Below are positions 60,701 through 64,000 of a DNA stretch of 64,000 bases, piece after piece. The stretch is from an uncultured Chloroflexia bacterium (GTDB taxonomy: Bacteria > Chloroflexota > Limnocylindria > QHBO01). Numbering within the stretch: position 1 is the first letter of the stretch; each line of letters starts with the position of its first letter. Under the pieces are notes generated by a model, which searched no databases, was not told the DNA's origin, and saw only the letters and a list, made by a program, of their open reading frames with translations. Where the stretch lies: positions 66,075 through 130,074 of the forward strand of contig CAWBKO010000007.1 in NCBI GenBank assembly GCA_963789435.1. Reading direction: 5' to 3'. The position numbers and the translations under genes are program-made.

Positions 60701-61865
60701 CTACTCCCGGCCGGCGAGCTGCCAGGACTTGCCCTCGGTGGCGATCGATGGCGCGATCACCATCTCGACCTCGTGCATCTCGCGGATGGTTCGCGCGCCG
60801 AGCGCGGCCATCGACTGGCGCAGCGCCCCGACCAGGTTCTGCGTGCCGTGCGAGGTCTCGGCCGGCCCGAACAGGATCTGCTCGAGCGGCAACCGCTCGC
60901 CGATCTGGATGCGCGTGCCGCGCGGCAGCGTCGGCGAGGGGGCGGCCATGCCCCAGTTGAAGCCGCGGCCGGGAGCCTCGATCGCGCCGGCGAACGGCGA
61001 GCCGAGCATCACCGCATCGGCTCCGGAGGCGATGGCCTTGGCGATGTCCCCGCCCGTCTTCATGCCGCCATCGGTGACGACCGGGACATAGCGGCCGGTC
61101 TCCCGCTCGTATCGGTCGCGCGCGGCGGCGACCTCGAGCGTGGCCGACACCTGCGGCACCCCGATGCCAAGCACCTCGCGCGTGGTGCAGGCGGCTCCCG
61201 GACCGACGCCGACGAAGATGCCGGCCGCGCCCTGGTGCATGAGCTGGTAGGCCGCCTCCCCGCTCACCGTGTTCCCGACCAGCACGGGCAGCTGCAGGCC
61301 CCCGGTGAGGTCCGCGAGGGAGAGCACGCGGGTCGAGGTCGAGATGTGCCGGGCGCTGCTCACCTGCGACTGGACCAGGAACAGGTCGGCTCCCGCGGCG
61401 GCCGCTACCTCGGCGTGATGCCAGGCCGATGCGGGCGTGGTGGCGACCGCGGCGATCGCTCCCTGGGTCTTGATGCGCGTCGATGAGGGCGGTGATCAGC
61501 TCGTCTCGCACCGGCTGCTCGTACGCCTCGGCGAGGATGTGTGCGGCTGCCTGCCCGGTCTCGGCGGCCGCGACTCGCTCGATGATCGGCGAGGCGTCCT
61601 CGTAGCGAGCGTAGAGGCCCTCCAGGTTGACGAAGGCGACCCCGCCGTGGCGGCCGATGCGCACCGCGAAGTCGCTGTCGGCGACCGCGTCCATGGCCGC
61701 TGCGAGGAACGGGATCTCGAGGCGGAAGCCGCCGAGCTCCGTGGCAAGGTCGACCTCGGCCGGGTCGGCGGTCACGGCACCGGGGACGAGCGCAACCTCC
61801 TCGAAGCCGTATGCCCGACGCAGGCGGGACTCGGTCGCGTCGCGGACGGGAGCCTGATCGATCAA
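60701..61865 (-). CDS. guaB3: GuaB3-type IMP dehydrogenase-related protein (no CBS pair); frame-disrupted (1 shift ~61480)
   Basis: TTG at 61865 after GGGGAGGG. AYGFEEVALVPG...FRLEIPFLAAAMDAV...VNLEGLY (frame of ORF 60681..62318). Then GADLFLVQSQVSSARHIS...VGNTVSGEAAYQLMHQGAAGIFVGVGPGAACTTREVLGIGVPQ...VVTDGGMKTGGDIAKAIASGADAVMLGSPF (ORF 60701..61363). Confidence 0.8.
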
Positions 61866-61900
61866 CGACGCCCTCCCCAGGCATGAGCGGCTCGGGTGCG

Positions 61901-61928
61901 AAAAACCCGCGCGGCATGGCGGCGCGGG
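61901..61928 (-). terminator. Rho-independent-type terminator after the LLM oxidoreductase gene
   Basis: Minus strand reads CCCGCGC-cgccatgcc-GCGCGGG followed by TTTTT (plus strand aaaaacccgcgcggcatggcggcgcggg), ~90 nt downstream of the stop at 62017. Confidence 0.6.
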
Positions 61929-62016
61929 TTGCGGTCGGAGCGGATGGCGATGACGGCGCGGATCGGGTTCACGTGGCGGTCGCTGCTGCTTTTGGAAGTA
62001 TACGGCACCGGGGGCC

Positions 62017-62916
62017 TCAGGCGAGCTCCACCTCCGCCGCGCGCGCATCGGCAGCCAGCTGCTCGAGCGCCTCGTCCGAGTCGACCGAGGCGTGGAGAAG
62101 GCCCATGACCCGCGAGACGCCGAGCTCCGCGTACTCGGCCAGCAGCGCCTGCCGGGCAGCTCCCGGCTCGCTCCATGCGGGCAGCTCCCGCCAGACGTGC
62201 ACGGAGACGGCGAGGCTCGCAGGATCACGTCCGATCTCCTCGCACCGCGCTCGGATGGTTGGCAGCGCCTCGCGCACCTCGTCGGGCGACATTCCGTCGA
62301 CGTTGAGCTCATCGGCATACCGCGCAGCGAGCCGCCACGTCACGTTCGGCCCGTTGCCGCCGACCATGATCGGCATGCCGGTCTCCTGGATCGGCTTCGG
62401 CACGTTGATCGCGTCGCGGACGCTGTGGTGCTCCCCCTCGAACGTGGCGTGCGTGGCGCGACCAGGCTCCAGCATGCGCGTGATGACCTCGAGCGCGTCG
62501 TGGAGCATGGCGAGCCGGACCTTGGTCTCGGGAAAGCCGTACCCGTACGCCAGCCACTCGTCCTTCTTCCAGCCGGCACCGATGCCGAGGTCGAAGCGTC
62601 CGCCCGAGATCGTGTCGAGCATCGATGCCATCTTGGCGGTCAGCGCCGGGTTGCGGAAGCCGTTGCAGATGACGATCTGGCCCAGCCGCACGCGTTCGGT
62701 CAGTGCGGCCAGCGCGCTGAGCGAGGTGAACGACTCGAAGGTCAGCTCATCGGTCGGCTTCGGCACGGTATGGAAGTGGTCGTAGAGCCAGATCGACTCG
62801 AATCCGAGTCGATCCGCCTGCTGCGCGACGGCGACCGTCCGCGCCCATGCCGGTTCGGGCTCCCAGCCGTCGTACTCGTGCGTCCACCCCTGCGGAACGA
62901 TCACGCCCAACTTCAT
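62017..62916 (-). CDS. LLM-class (luciferase-like) F420-dependent oxidoreductase, intact
   Basis: ORF 62017..62916: MKLGVIVPQGW, GFESIWLYDHF, FESFTSLSALAALTERVRLGQIVICNGFRNPALTAKMASMLDTISGGRFDLGIGAGW, PIMVGGNG. F420 dependence is inferred from family resemblance only. Confidence 0.8.
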   Translation of the reverse strand: MKLGVIVPQGWTHEYDGWEPEPAWARTVAVAQQADRLGFESIWLYDHFHTVPKPTDELTFESFTSLSALAALTERVRLGQIVICNGFRNPALTAKMASMLDTISGGRFDLGIGAGWKKDEWLAYGYGFPETKVRLAMLHDALEVITRMLEPGRATHATFEGEHHSVRDAINVPKPIQETGMPIMVGGNGPNVTWRLAARYADELNVDGMSPDEVREALPTIRARCEEIGRDPASLAVSVHVWRELPAWSEPGAARQALLAEYAELGVSRVMGLLHASVDSDEALEQLAADARAAEVELA

Positions 62917-62938
62917 CCGGTGTCCTCCTGCGTCGCCA

Positions 62939-64000
62939 TCACCTCACAATCATCTGCGCACGTTCGGGGCCAACGCTCACGTGGCTGATCGGAACAGCGG
63001 CCAACGCCTCCAGCCGCTCGACGTACGCACGCGCCGCGGGCGGCAGATCGGACCATGAGCGGCAGGCGGTCGTATCGGCCTGCCAGCCCGGCAGCTCCTC
63101 GTACACGGGCTCCAGCCGCTCGTAGACCGATGTCGACGCCGGCACGGTGCTCCACTCGCGGCCGTCGGCCGGATCTCGATAGGCGCGCGCGATGAGGATG
63201 CGCTCGTACTCGTCGAGGACGTCCAGCTTGGTGAGCGCGATGCTCGAATAGCCCGCCAGCCGAACACTGAACCGGACGGCGACCGCGTCGTACCACCCGC
63301 AACGCCGCGCGCGACCGGTCGACGTGCCGTATTCCGCGCCCCGCTCTCGCAGGTGATCGCCCTCGTCGCCATCGAGCTCGGTGGGCAGCGGCCCGGCTCC
63401 CACCGCGGTCGTGTACGCCTTGGCCACGCCGAGGACCTGGTCGATCGCCACGGCCGGCAGGCCGGCGCCGAGGCTGGCCCCTCCGGGGATCGGCGACGAG
63501 CTGGTGACGTAGGGATAGATGCCCCAGTCGAGGTCCCGCATCGTGCCGAGCTGGCCCTCGAGCAGGATCCGATCGCCACGCTCCAACGCCTCGTCGACGA
63601 GAGCCTGCCCGTCAACCACGTGGCGCGCGAGCCGCGCTCCAGCGGCGAGATATGCCTGGGCGATGGCCTCCTCGTCGGTGGCCTCCGCAATCTCGGCAGT
63701 CATCTCGTCCTGCGCGCCGGGATAGCCGCCGACGATGCGGCGAATGCGCGGCAGCGTGGCGGCCAGGCGCGCCTGGAACGCGTCGGGTTCCATCAGGTCG
63801 ATCACCCGGATGCCGCGCCGCGCGACCTTGTCGACGTACGCCGGCCCGATGCCGCGCGAGGTCGTGCCGAGCGGGGTCGCACCTCGTTCCCGTTCCTCGA
63901 GCTGGTCCAGCAGGACGTGGTACGGCATCACCAGGTGCGCCCGATCGCTGATGAACAGGTTCTCGCCGTCGAAGCCGTGCGACATCAGTCCGTCGAGCTC
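62939..64000 (-). CDS. purA: Adenylosuccinate synthetase PurA, 5' end beyond the window
   Basis: ORF 62939..63985, with the open frame continuing to 64000. ISDRAHLVMPYH..LD, TTSRGIGPAYVDK, ILLEGQLGTMRDLDWGIYPYVTSS, GVAKAYTTAVGAGPLPTEL, GAEYGTSTGRARRCGWYD, IALTKLDVLD. Confidence 0.95.
   Translation of the reverse strand, partial: ELDGLMSHGFDGENLFISDRAHLVMPYHVLLDQLEERERGATPLGTTSRGIGPAYVDKVARRGIRVIDLMEPDAFQARLAATLPRIRRIVGGYPGAQDEMTAEIAEATDEEAIAQAYLAAGARLARHVVDGQALVDEALERGDRILLEGQLGTMRDLDWGIYPYVTSSSPIPGGASLGAGLPAVAIDQVLGVAKAYTTAVGAGPLPTELDGDEGDHLRERGAEYGTSTGRARRCGWYDAVAVRFSVRLAGYSSIALTKLDVLDEYERILIARAYRDPADGREWSTVPASTSVYERLEPVYEELPGWQADTTACRSWSDLPPAARAYVERLEALAAVPISHVSVGPERAQMIVR

Noticed and set aside
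61866-62016. Possible tRNA or small RNA in the guaB3 / LLM intergenic region
   Set aside because: No cloverleaf and no T-loop (GGTTCGA-type) consensus are present. The only clear structure is a GC hairpin plus a T-run, consistent with a terminator.

Overview
Very GC-rich, gene-dense chromosomal window with about 52 protein-coding genes. I saw no rRNA, tRNA, CRISPR array, transposase or integrase. Gene content looks actinobacterial (GlgE alpha-glucan pathway, GuaB3, a UPF0182/Rv3193c-type ~990-aa membrane protein, F420-type LLM oxidoreductase); that is inference only.

Layout:
- 1-5.3 kb: two secreted cell-wall proteins sharing Cys-containing SLH-like modules, then mreC-mreB.
- 5.5-13 kb: xylose locus (xylA-xylB, convergent xylF-permease-ATPase, Gfo/Idh/MocA oxidoreductase).
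- 13-17 kb: CRTAC1/ASPIC-UnbV protein, atypical M24-like protein, aldose-1-epimerase-like protein.
- 17-31 kb: eight-gene glucan/trehalose cluster (glgB | malQ-treY-glgX-mak-treS-glgE).
- 31-34.6 kb: PQQ sugar dehydrogenase, radC, CPBP protease, Zn-ribbon membrane protein.
- 34.7-64 kb: a long minus-strand purine/guanine nucleotide run (purA, LLM, guaB3, accessory islet, guaA, lipoprotein, UPF0182, purD, purE-purB, two membrane proteins, purC-purS-purQ, two Zn-ribbon membrane proteins, purL, purF-purM-purN). It is interrupted by plus-strand GGDEF/HD-GYP and YCII genes.

The dominant technical signal is roughly a hundred single-nucleotide-type frame breaks (hand count). They are confined to 5.5-27 kb and 34.7-45 kb, plus a few near the window ends. 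treS-glgE, mreBC and 45.2-57.8 kb are clean. I read this as patchy assembly or polishing error. Frame-disrupted genes are therefore listed as CDS with reconstructed outer coordinates; an annotation pipeline would flag them as pseudogenes as sequenced.

I did not find a clear-cut new multi-gene system. The most suggestive unexplained items are:
- membrane and Zn-ribbon proteins embedded in the pur operon;
- UPF0182 packed between guaA and purD;
- the DUF4143 ATPase islet with the only AT-rich spacer;
- malQ sitting in the usual treZ slot.
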